Part shown: positions 12,945-25,827 of the stretch, one piece after another
How positions within the stretch are numbered: position 1 is the stretch's first letter
How the letters are laid out: each line of letters begins with the position of its first letter
Assembly (NCBI GenBank): GCA_031372565.1
Contig: JANMLN010000100.1
Span: forward strand, 1 to 28,116
Length of the DNA stretch: 28,116 bases
Origin: Gemmatimonadota bacterium
Lineage (GTDB): Bacteria > Gemmatimonadota > Gemmatimonadetes > Gemmatimonadales > Gemmatimonadaceae
Direction of reading: 5' to 3'
The notes under the pieces: generated by a model
Database searches by the model: none
Told to the model about the DNA's origin: nothing
Seen by the model: the letters and a program-made list of their open reading frames with translations, nothing else
Position numbers and translations under genes: made by a program

Positions 12945-12969
12945 AACGCGGCAGCAGGGGAGGAGTTCC
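12945..12969 (-). promoter_or_regulatory. ECF-sigma-type promoter motif GGAAC-N16-CGTT
   Basis: Minus strand reads GGAAC tcctcccctgctgccg CGTT, 53 nt upstream of the ATG at 12891. Confidence 0.5.
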
Positions 12970-12996
12970 GCCCGGCCTACCCGCGCGTCGGGAATC

Positions 12997-14361
12997 CTAG
13001 CCAGCCCGGCCGCCCGCGCCAAGCACCTCGACCCCCGCCGCCGTGATCCGGTGCGACACGAGCGGCAGCCCCACCCCGCCAACGTCGTCAATGACGATGG
13101 CCTCCTGGAGCGCCGCGAGCCCGCGCGAGACGCCATCGGCATCGCGCGCGAACACGGTCGCGAGCGGTTCGTCCTGCGACACCCGATCACCCGGCTTGGC
13201 GGAGATCACGAAGCCGACCGTCGGGTCCACCAGGTCTTCCATGGTCAGGCGGCCGCCGCCGAGCGCGATGATACCGCGTCCCACGGCACGCGGCTCCACC
13301 CGTGCCACGACACCGGCGCGCGGGGCCGTGAACAACTCGACCGCGCGGGCCTGGGGCAGCGCCGCCGGATCGTCCACCACGCCGGCATTGCCCCCCTGCG
13401 CCTCGATGATGGCGGCGAACTTCTCCGCGGCCGCTCCCGACCGGATCGCCTGCTGCATGGCCACGACCGCCGCCTCGTGCGTACGCGCGACTCCGGCCAG
13501 CAGCAGCATCTCGGCTCCCAGCGCGAAGGTGACCGCCAGCAGATCATCGGGCCCTTCGCCCTTGAGCGTGTGAATGGCTTCTTCGACTTCGAGCGCGTTC
13601 CCGCAGGCGCGTCCGAGTGGCCGGTCCATGGCGGTGAGGAGGGCGGTCACCGGCACGCCGTGCGCCGCGCCAAGACCGATCATCACGTTGGCCAGCTCGA
13701 TGCCGCGCTCCGCCTCGGGGAGGAACGCGCCGCTTCCCTGCTTGATGTCGAGCACCAGGCCTGTCAGTCCTTCGGCGAGTTTCTTGCTCATGATCGATGC
13801 GGCAATGAGCGGAATCGCCTCCACCGTTCCGGTCGCGTCGCGCAGTGCGTAGAGCTTGCGGTCGGCCGGCGCGATCTCGCCGCTCTGGCCGATGAGCGCG
13901 CAGCCCAGCCGCTCGAGCTGCGTGCGGGCCCGCTCGAGTGGCAACCGGGTCTGGAAACCCGGAATGGACTCCAGCTTGTCGAGGGTGCCGCCCGTGTGCC
14001 CGAGGCCGCGCCCCGACATCATCGGCACGGCGACCCCGAGCGATGCGATGAGCGGCGCCAGCACGAGGGAGACCTTGTCGCCGACCCCCCCGGTCGAGTG
14101 CTTGTCGATCCGCGCACGTCGGAGGTGCGAGAGATCGAGCACCGTGCCGGTGTGCAGCATCCCCTCCATCAGGGCGCGCGTCTCGGCGGCGTCCATGCCG
14201 CGAATGAACGCGGCCATGAGCAGCGCCGCCGCCTGATAGTCCGGCACCGCGCCCGAGGCGACGCCGCGGGCGAACCCCTCCCACTGCTCGGCCGACAACG
14301 CGTGGCCATCACGCTTGCGCTCGATCAGCTCGCGAACATCGAAGAGGCGGGGAGCGGGCAC
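12997..14361 (-). CDS. pdp: Thymidine/pyrimidine-nucleoside phosphorylase (about 454 aa)
   Basis: IERKRDG, DYQAAA, DKHSTGGVGDK, MSGRGLGHTGGTLDKLESIPG, ADRKLYALRD and SIMSKK motifs; GTG start at 14361 inferred. Confidence 0.93.
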   Translation of the reverse strand: MPAPRLFDVRELIERKRDGHALSAEQWEGFARGVASGAVPDYQAAALLMAAFIRGMDAAETRALMEGMLHTGTVLDLSHLRRARIDKHSTGGVGDKVSLVLAPLIASLGVAVPMMSGRGLGHTGGTLDKLESIPGFQTRLPLERARTQLERLGCALIGQSGEIAPADRKLYALRDATGTVEAIPLIAASIMSKKLAEGLTGLVLDIKQGSGAFLPEAERGIELANVMIGLGAAHGVPVTALLTAMDRPLGRACGNALEVEEAIHTLKGEGPDDLLAVTFALGAEMLLLAGVARTHEAAVVAMQQAIRSGAAAEKFAAIIEAQGGNAGVVDDPAALPQARAVELFTAPRAGVVARVEPRAVGRGIIALGGGRLTMEDLVDPTVGFVISAKPGDRVSQDEPLATVFARDADGVSRGLAALQEAIVIDDVGGVGLPLVSHRITAAGVEVLGAGGRAG

Positions 14362-14517
14362 AGGCAGCGATGCAGGGGGGGCGACCGTCGAGAACCGCCA
14401 TCGGGGTTGCACGGAGGGGGAGATGTACCGCGCGATACGCCGATGTGCAAACGACGCGCCCCGTCGTGCGGCCCGGAGGAAGGGTGGATAGATTCCGGCT
14501 TGCTCCAACCACCCTCC

Positions 14518-15306
14518 ATGAGCCACCCAGTGCCTGACCCCACGGCGGACGCGGCCGAGCTGCTGGCCCTGCGCTTGCGCGTCTCCGAGTTGACCCGCGA
14601 GCGCGAGAACCTGGTCGCGATGGTGGACATCCTGCAGGGGATCGCCGGAGCCACGCAGTACCCCGAGATTCTGAACGTCGTGGCCAGCAAGCTGGGCCAG
14701 ACGTTCGACCTCGATCGCTGCTCGGTCTTCCTGTTCAGCGAACATCCGGGCGCGCGGCTGGTGGCGAGCTACGAGGATCCGACCATCCGGAACCTCGAAG
14801 TGGACATGACGCGCTACCCCGAGCTGCAGCGGGCGCTCGAAAGTGGCGACACGGTGCACATCCCGGACGTGTCACACGAGCCGACGCTGCGACTCGCCTG
14901 GCCGGTGCTCACGCTGCGGCACGTGCGCGCCGTGATCGTGGTGCCGATCAAGTGGCGGGCGCAGGTGGTGGGCGCGCTCTTCCTGCGCACGCGGCGGTCG
15001 CTGCCGCCGCTCACGGACGAGGACATCCGGTTCGTGCAGGTGGTCGCCGCCACGACGGCGCGTGCCTTGCGACAGGCCCACCGCTTCGAGGCGCTGCTCA
15101 AGGACGGCAGCACCAAGGACGAAGAGCGGACGTCCGAAACGCGCCGCGTCGCGATGCTCGCCTTCCTGCGCCGGCTGCTCGAGCGCGTGGATGACGCCCA
15201 GCCGATGGGCGCCAGCGAGGCGCTCCTCGGTGCGTCCGCGCGGGGCGAGATCGACCGCCTGGTGAGTGTGGCCCTGACGGTGTTCGAAGAACAAACGGGG
15301 CGCTGA
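14518..15306 (+). CDS. Stand-alone GAF-domain protein (262 aa)
   Basis: N-terminal coiled coil, then a GAF-like run (DRCSVFL ... VIVVPI ... VGALFL ... LTDEDIRF) and a helical C-terminus; TAGATT -10-like hexamer at 14489-14494. Confidence 0.8.
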   Translation: MSHPVPDPTADAAELLALRLRVSELTRERENLVAMVDILQGIAGATQYPEILNVVASKLGQTFDLDRCSVFLFSEHPGARLVASYEDPTIRNLEVDMTRYPELQRALESGDTVHIPDVSHEPTLRLAWPVLTLRHVRAVIVVPIKWRAQVVGALFLRTRRSLPPLTDEDIRFVQVVAATTARALRQAHRFEALLKDGSTKDEERTSETRRVAMLAFLRRLLERVDDAQPMGASEALLGASARGEIDRLVSVALTVFEEQTGR

Positions 15307-15346
15307 GGCGCCGCTGGCATCCTTTCCCTTCACTTCGACAACTCCG

Positions 15347-17936
<2,590 letters not shown>

Positions 17937-17974
17937 CCGCACGTCCTGGTTGTTGTCACTCCGTGGAGAACGCT

Positions 17975-18523
17975 ATGCAGCTTGATCAACATGGGATGGT
18001 GACCCTGTCGCGCGCGTCGCTGGCGGCGCTGCGCACCGCGTTGCTGCGTGATGCGGGGCCAGGCGGGGTCGCGTACCTGCAGGAGGCGGGCTTCGCCGGT
18101 GGCGAGGCGCTGTTCGCCTCGTTCGAGCGCTGGCTCGCCGAAGCGCACGGCGGGTCCGTCGACGCGCTCGACATCGAGGGGTTCCGGCAGCGCGCGGTCG
18201 AGTACTTCCAGGCGTGCGGCTGGGGCTCGCTGGAAATCAGCACGATTGGCGAGGCGATCGTGGCGCTCGACAGCGCGGACTGGGCCGAGGCGGATCCGGC
18301 GGCGGCGCTGCCACACCCGGGCTGCTACCTGACGTCGGGCATGCTCTCCGACTTCTTCACGCGGATGGCCGGGTCGCCCTTGGCGACAATGGAAGTGGAA
18401 TGCCGCTCGATGGGGCATGCCCAGTGCCGATGGCTGCTGGGCAGTGCCGAGGCGATGCAGGCGGTGTACGCGGCGATGACCGAGGGCGCGAGCTACACCG
18501 AGGCCGCCGAACGCCTGGCGTAG
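17975..18523 (+). CDS. V4R (4-vinyl reductase) domain protein (182 aa)
   Basis: GWGSLEI, GCYLTSG and EVECRSMGHAQCRW metal-ligand pattern; GGAGA upstream of ATG 17975. Confidence 0.85.
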   Translation: MQLDQHGMVTLSRASLAALRTALLRDAGPGGVAYLQEAGFAGGEALFASFERWLAEAHGGSVDALDIEGFRQRAVEYFQACGWGSLEISTIGEAIVALDSADWAEADPAAALPHPGCYLTSGMLSDFFTRMAGSPLATMEVECRSMGHAQCRWLLGSAEAMQAVYAAMTEGASYTEAAERLA

Positions 18524-18547
18524 CGGCGGGACGCACGTTCGACGACA

Positions 18548-18587
18548 ACACGGGGCGGCGCGTGCAGTCGAGCGGGCCGCCCCGTGT
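18548..18587. terminator. Hairpin between convergent genes, probably a bidirectional terminator
   Basis: Perfect 12-bp inverted repeat ACACGGGGCGGC / GCCGCCCCGTGT with a 16-nt loop. Confidence 0.6.
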
Positions 18588-18592
18588 GCATG

Positions 18593-19342
18593 CTACCGGA
18601 TGCCGATCACGCCGTCGTACTCGGGGTTGAGCACGAGCTCACCGTCGACGAGGATCTCGCGATCCCAGGGCAGCACGATCGCCGCGTCGGTCTCGATGGC
18701 CATGTAGTCCGGCCGATAGCTGCCGGTGCGGAAGCTCACCGCGGTGCGCACCTGCGCGGCCCCGGCGTTCCGCAGCGCACTGACGGCCAGTCGCAGCGTC
18801 GCCCCCGAACTGCAGGTCTCGTCGACGATGAGGACATGCTGGTCACGCACCTCGACCGGCACATTGCCGAAGACCGCGGGCGAGGCGCGGACCGTGTCGG
18901 TGTGATAGCGGCGCGAGATGATCATCGAGTGGAACTCGACGTCCATGATGGCGGCGACCGTGGCACCGGGAATCACGCCAGCCGTCGCGACGCCGATCAC
19001 CAGATCGGGGTCGAAATCGCGCGCGACCTTGAGGGCAAGCGCGCGCGACAGCTCGCCAAAGAGCGCCCAGTCGATCACCATGACGTCGCGACCGGGGGTG
19101 AACGCCTTGGCCCGCCGACTGGCGTGGAGGGCTGACCGCGCGGCCGGAGCGCTCGCCGGGGCTGCCGTCGTCGTGCTGGTCGCGGAGCGGGCCTTGCCCG
19201 CCTTCCCCTTGGCCTTCGGGGCGGCGGCGGTCGACTTGGGCACCGCCTTCCGCGGCGACGCCTTGGCACCCTTCGTGGACCGTGTGGTGGCGGGGCGCGA
19301 GGCCCCCTTGGCCTTGGCCACGACCTTCTTGCGGGCGGGCAT
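18593..19342 (-). CDS. Type I phosphoribosyltransferase-family protein with a basic K/A/P-rich N-terminal extension (249 aa)
   Basis: PDLVIGVATAGVIPG, PRPP loop VLIVDETCSSGATL, RPDY and IVLPWD (Gpt-like); GGAG 8 nt upstream of ATG 19342. Confidence 0.85.
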   Translation of the reverse strand: MPARKKVVAKAKGASRPATTRSTKGAKASPRKAVPKSTAAAPKAKGKAGKARSATSTTTAAPASAPAARSALHASRRAKAFTPGRDVMVIDWALFGELSRALALKVARDFDPDLVIGVATAGVIPGATVAAIMDVEFHSMIISRRYHTDTVRASPAVFGNVPVEVRDQHVLIVDETCSSGATLRLAVSALRNAGAAQVRTAVSFRTGSYRPDYMAIETDAAIVLPWDREILVDGELVLNPEYDGVIGIR

Positions 19343-19447
19343 CGTGGGCGCTCCGGATAATGGGGTCCAGCAGGGGGCCGCGGTGGCCCTCTTCGGAATA
19401 GGCCGGACCGCGCCGAACACCGCAAGGGGGCATCTGCGGCCGCGCCG

Positions 19448-19477
19448 TTGCCGCAAGGCGCGCGTGACCCGTACTTT
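19448..19477 (+). promoter_or_regulatory. Sigma70-type promoter, probably giving a leaderless TPR-parA transcript
   Basis: TTGCCG (19448-19453), 18-nt spacer, TACTTT (19472-19477), then 5 nt to the ATG at 19483; no Shine-Dalgarno sequence. Confidence 0.55.
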
Positions 19478-19482
19478 TGGGC

Positions 19483-19962
19483 ATGACATGGTGGAGCCGA
19501 CTGCTCGGCGGGTCCGACCGCGAACTGAAGCCGCAGCGGCTTGACTATCTGAGCGAAGCACTGGCCCTCGAACGGCAGGGGGACTACGACGCGGCGCTCA
19601 CGTCGTACCGGCTCGCCCTACGCGACCAGCCGGACGATGCGCGCGTGCTGCAGAACATGGCGATCGCATACTCCCGCACCGGGCGTCAGGATGAGGCCGT
19701 GCGGGCGTATCGGCGTGCGCTCGAGGTCAATCCTCTGCTCGCGGGCGCGCACTACGGGCTCGCCTTCCTCCTGCTGAAGCGCGACGACAAGGACGGCGCC
19801 ATGACGCATCTGCGGAAATTCCTCGCGCATCCCCCCGCCGATCCCGGCGCCGAACAGTGGATCCAGCACGCGGAACAGACGCTCGCCACGCTCGAGGGCG
19901 GACCCGGCACCGACGACGTTGGTGCCGAGCATGCACGGGACGACGCCGAAGGGAGGAGCTGA
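19483..19962 (+). CDS. Tetratricopeptide repeat protein (159 aa)
   Basis: About three TPR units ([50 protein letters not shown]). Confidence 0.88.
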   Translation: MTWWSRLLGGSDRELKPQRLDYLSEALALERQGDYDAALTSYRLALRDQPDDARVLQNMAIAYSRTGRQDEAVRAYRRALEVNPLLAGAHYGLAFLLLKRDDKDGAMTHLRKFLAHPPADPGAEQWIQHAEQTLATLEGGPGTDDVGAEHARDDAEGRS

Positions 19963-19963
19963 G

Positions 19964-20731
19964 ATGGGCAAGGTGCTGGCCATCGTCAGCCAGAAGGGAG
20001 GGGTCGGCAAGACGACGACCGCCGTGAATCTGGCCGCCGCCTTTGCGCGACGCGGCCTGAAGACGTTGCTCGTCGATACCGATCCGCAGGGGTCGGTTCG
20101 TTACGGCGCCTCGCTCAAGACCGGGCACCCGACCTGGGGATTCAGCGACTATCTCGACGGGGTACGGCCGCTGCGCGACGTCATCCTCCCGACGGCGCTC
20201 CCCTGGTTGCGCGTCATGCTGGCGGGCTCGGTCAGCGACGAGACGGACCACGCGCGCTTCCAGCGCCGCGTCGCCGAAGGCTCGCTCTTTCCCGAGTTGC
20301 TGGCCACCGCGCGAGCCCGATGCGACGTGGTGGTGGTGGACACCCCGCCCGGCCTCGGCTCGGTGGTGCGGGCGGTGCTCGCGCACAGCGATCATGTGAT
20401 CGTGCCCCTGCAGGCGGAGCCGCTCGCGCTGCAGACGACGCCGCAGATCCTCAAGGCGATCCAGGAACTGGTGAGCCGCAACGACCAGCTGGTGCTCGAC
20501 GGGCTGCTGCTCACGATGGTCGATGTGAACAACCCGGCGAGCATGCGCGTGGTGGAGTACGTGCGCTCGCACGTGCCGGCGTCGCTGCTGCTGCCGACGA
20601 TGGTGCCACGCACGCACGCGCCGGCCGAGGCGTTCGCGGCGGGGCAGCCCGTGGTGTTGCGGGACCCGGGGGACGCGGCGTCGCAGGCCTATGTGAACCT
20701 CGCCGCACAGCTGGCCGACCGTTTCCAGTGA
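19964..20731 (+). CDS. ParA/Soj-family ATPase, orphan (255 aa)
   Basis: Deviant Walker [38 protein letters not shown] upstream of ATG 19964. Confidence 0.92.
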   Translation: MGKVLAIVSQKGGVGKTTTAVNLAAAFARRGLKTLLVDTDPQGSVRYGASLKTGHPTWGFSDYLDGVRPLRDVILPTALPWLRVMLAGSVSDETDHARFQRRVAEGSLFPELLATARARCDVVVVDTPPGLGSVVRAVLAHSDHVIVPLQAEPLALQTTPQILKAIQELVSRNDQLVLDGLLLTMVDVNNPASMRVVEYVRSHVPASLLLPTMVPRTHAPAEAFAAGQPVVLRDPGDAASQAYVNLAAQLADRFQ

Positions 20732-21504
20732 TGCGGGCCGTGCGCTGCGCCGCGATCGCCGGCCTCGCGTTCGGTGCCGCCTGTGCTGACCTCACCAGCG
20801 TGCCGGGCGGGGCGCAGTCGCTGGCGGTCGATTCGCTGCCATTTCCGTCGGTGGTGGTGGGCGACACCCTGCGCGACACGCTCGGCGTGGTGCGCCGGAT
20901 GACGGCCACGGTGTACGACGGCGCCAACCGGCTGATCGTCGGCAGCCCGGTTCGATTTCTCTCGCTCGATACCGGAATCGTGATCGACTCCGTGACCGGA
21001 CTGCTGCGCGGCGTGAACCGTCGCACGGGGGTACGACTGATCGCGTCGGTGAGCGGCTTGCAGACGGCGCCCAAGACGCTCGGCGTGTCGAACCGCCCGG
21101 ATACGGCCAGCAATCCCGACTCCGTGCGCCGCATGGTGTATGTGACCGTGCCGCGCACGGACCCGGCCAACCTCGTCACGCTGCGCGTGAAGGTGGCGAG
21201 CCGGCCCACCCTCGCCGGAACGACGGCCGACTCGACCGTGGAGGGGTGGATGGTGAAGTTCGCGATCACGCGGGCGCCGACCAACGCCGTCGACACCACC
21301 GTGCTCGGCGGAGGGATCACGAACTCGCCGTGGGCGGTGACCGACGCATCGGGGATCGCCAGCAAGACGCTGCGCGTGGTGCCCACGCTCGGCTCACGTA
21401 TTCGCGACACGGCACGCGTGCAGGCCAGCGTGACGTACAAGGGGGCGCATGTCCGGGGGAGCCCGCTGACGATCGTGATCCCGCTCGCGCCCAAGGACTC
21501 GTGA
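20731..21504 (+). CDS. Putative lipoprotein with Ig-like beta-rich domains (257 aa)
   Basis: Signal peptide [18 protein letters not shown] with a lipobox-like Cys18; Thr/Val-rich beta strands; AVTDASGIA resembles the Big_1-type TDxxG motif; TGATG overlap with the parA stop. Confidence 0.7.
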   Translation: MRAVRCAAIAGLAFGAACADLTSVPGGAQSLAVDSLPFPSVVVGDTLRDTLGVVRRMTATVYDGANRLIVGSPVRFLSLDTGIVIDSVTGLLRGVNRRTGVRLIASVSGLQTAPKTLGVSNRPDTASNPDSVRRMVYVTVPRTDPANLVTLRVKVASRPTLAGTTADSTVEGWMVKFAITRAPTNAVDTTVLGGGITNSPWAVTDASGIASKTLRVVPTLGSRIRDTARVQASVTYKGAHVRGSPLTIVIPLAPKDS

Positions 21505-21611
21505 CCGCTCTGGGGTTGCCGTTGGACTGTCGCCCGACCGTCACGGCGTCGTAGTTTCGAGTTGCTCGGCCGCCCGATCGGGAGGCCGGTTCCCTTCTCC
21601 CCACCGCCCCC

Positions 21612-23507
<1,896 letters not shown>

Positions 23508-24245
23508 CGGGCGCGGCGCGCGGCTCCGCCACCCAGTGGCGGTCGTCGCGGGCGAGTTCGGCGATGGCGGGCGGCAGGTCGCACTCCACAGGAGCGACCA
23601 GCCGCCCGTTTGGCATCAGGGCGGTCGCCGCCGAACGAAGCAGCGGTTCGGACGTGCGCGCGCCGAACGCTGCGCCGCGCAGGACGGCCGGTGCCAGCGG
23701 CAGCGAGGTGAGCGGGCCCGAGAGCACCGAGACCATCGGGTGCTCGAGTGTGACCGGTGCGGCGACGAGCACGACGACACCGACGGCGAAATCACGGGCG
23801 AGCGCGACCGCGTGTCCTGCCCACGCGGCATCGAGCAGCACCAGGCCGCCGGGTCCATCGAGGTTGAGCATCGCGGCGAGCCAGAGCAGTTCGTCGGGTT
23901 TGTGTGTCGACGACTCGCCGGCGGCGATGCGCGGGGCATCACCCTCGCCGAACCAGGCGGCACCACCCACGACGGTGAAGCGCGCGTGACAGACCGCGCA
24001 CCCGAGCATCGCCTCGTGCAGCGTTCGCCCATCCACGCGCTGCGGCACGCAGACAAGCGCCACGCCCCCCGTCACGTCGGGGTGCGCGCGGGGGCAGCGG
24101 AGATGGTCGACGAGATCGAGATGCATGGCGTGCGTGCAAGTTGTGGAAGTTGCAACGGCAATGCCATGGCGACTGCCCTTCCCATTCGACCACCGATGGA
24201 TAAATCCCATGGTCGCCCGTTCGCATCAACATCTGCCGTCATCCC

Positions 24246-25727
24246 ATGCGTCGCTTTGCGCCCGCTCTGGCCCTCCTGATCGTGACCGGCACCGGGCCGA
24301 CGTTCACTCCCGTACAGCCGGACCTGCTCGGCGCCCCCAACACGCTGACCAACGCCTGGGCCGACTTCGACGGCGATGGGAGCGCTGATCTGTTCGTGGG
24401 GTTCAACGGCTCGCCGAACCGGCTGTATCACAACGCGAACGGTGTGCTGACCGAGGTGGGTGCGGCTGCGGGGGTCGCGGCCGCGCGAGCGACACGCGCC
24501 GCCGCGTGGGGCGACATCGACAATGACGGCGACCCGGACCTGCTCGTTGGCTTCACGGCGGGGGCCGGGCCTGTCCTGCTGATGTATCGCAACACCGGCG
24601 GCCGCTTCACCGATGTGACGCGTGAGGTGGGGCTGGTTGTGGACTCGGGCGGCGTACGGCAACTCACCTTCGTGGATGTGGACGGCGACGGGGATCTGGA
24701 CCTGTTCGTGGCCATGCGCGACCGGGCCAACCTGTTCTTTCGCAATGACGGCGGTCGCTTCACCGAGGCCGGGGCCGCGATGGGACTCGCCGACACACGG
24801 AAGAGCGTGGGCGCCGTCTGGTTCGACGCCGACGAAGACGGTGACCTGGACCTGATCGTCGCGAATCAGGACGGCGACGCCAACGCGTTCTTCCGGAACA
24901 CCAACGGCCACTTCGCCGACGCGGCGGCAGAAGCGGGCATCGCATGGGGCGGTCGCGCACCACGTGATCCCAAGTTCGGCACGGTGCGCCCCTGTGCCGC
25001 CGACGTGAACGGCGACGGGCATCTCGACCTCTTCTTCGCGAACTACGGCCCGAATGGACTCTTCCTGCAGACCAGCCCTGGCCTCTTCACCGACGTGTCG
25101 GCCGCCTGGGGAGTCAACATCGACGCCAAGTACGACGCATGCGCCTTCGACGATGTCGATCACGACGGTCGGCTCGACCTCTACGTGAATGGTACGGTCA
25201 CCGGCGGCATCCAGTACCGCGACTACCTGTTCCACAACACGGGCGCGCGCTATGACGATGTGACGCCCGCGAACCTCAAGGCGCTCGACGCGGACCACGG
25301 CGCGGAATGGGTGGACTTCGATCGCGACGGAGATGCGGATCTCTCGCTCACCGGCGCAACGCCCAAGGGGATGCACCTCATCATGCGCAACGAGCTCGCG
25401 ACATCGTTGGCCGCGCGCTCGATCGCCGTGCGCGTGCTCGACGCCGCAGGGCGTGCCACACGCGCCGGCGCCGAGGTGCGCGTGTACGCCACCGGCACGC
25501 GCCGCCTGCTCGGCAGTGGACTCGTGGACGCCGGGTCGGGCTACAACGCCCAGAACGACATCGCGGTGCACGTCGGGCTGCCGACCGCCGGCGATGTCGA
25601 CGTGGAAGTCACCATGCCGCTCGGTGGGCAGCGCACGGTGACCATGGCGCGCAAGGTGCGCCTGTCTGCATATGCGGGCCGCGCGTTGGACGTGCGCACG
25701 ACGGCACGACGGCTGCCTGCTCGCTGA
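24246..25727 (+). CDS. Secreted FG-GAP/VCBS-repeat protein with C-terminal ASPIC/UnbV domain (CRTAC1 family, 493 aa)
   Basis: Signal-peptide-like N-terminus; seven D-x-D/N-x-D-G-x-x-D-L repeats; GAEVRV..GSGYNAQN..VHVGL ASPIC/UnbV pattern. Confidence 0.9.
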   Translation: MRRFAPALALLIVTGTGPTFTPVQPDLLGAPNTLTNAWADFDGDGSADLFVGFNGSPNRLYHNANGVLTEVGAAAGVAAARATRAAAWGDIDNDGDPDLLVGFTAGAGPVLLMYRNTGGRFTDVTREVGLVVDSGGVRQLTFVDVDGDGDLDLFVAMRDRANLFFRNDGGRFTEAGAAMGLADTRKSVGAVWFDADEDGDLDLIVANQDGDANAFFRNTNGHFADAAAEAGIAWGGRAPRDPKFGTVRPCAADVNGDGHLDLFFANYGPNGLFLQTSPGLFTDVSAAWGVNIDAKYDACAFDDVDHDGRLDLYVNGTVTGGIQYRDYLFHNTGARYDDVTPANLKALDADHGAEWVDFDRDGDADLSLTGATPKGMHLIMRNELATSLAARSIAVRVLDAAGRATRAGAEVRVYATGTRRLLGSGLVDAGSGYNAQNDIAVHVGLPTAGDVDVEVTMPLGGQRTVTMARKVRLSAYAGRALDVRTTARRLPAR

Positions 25728-25827
25728 TGCACTGCCGACGCGATCGTCGCCGTTCCTGCCGGCGCCCGTTCTTCGCTTTCTCACGCGCTTGTCCGTTGCC
25801 CACCTTCTCGCCGTCGCTTGGTGCACG

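Noticed and set aside
13051..14517. Apparent long N-terminal extension of the GAF protein (751-aa ORF)
   Set aside because: Antisense to the nucleoside phosphorylase gene; the plausible start is ATG 14518.
24350..25350. Periodic GAC-GGC-GAC nucleotide repeats as a possible CRISPR or tandem array
   Set aside because: They are degenerate, in-frame codons of FG-GAP protein repeats, with no identical repeats separated by unique spacers.
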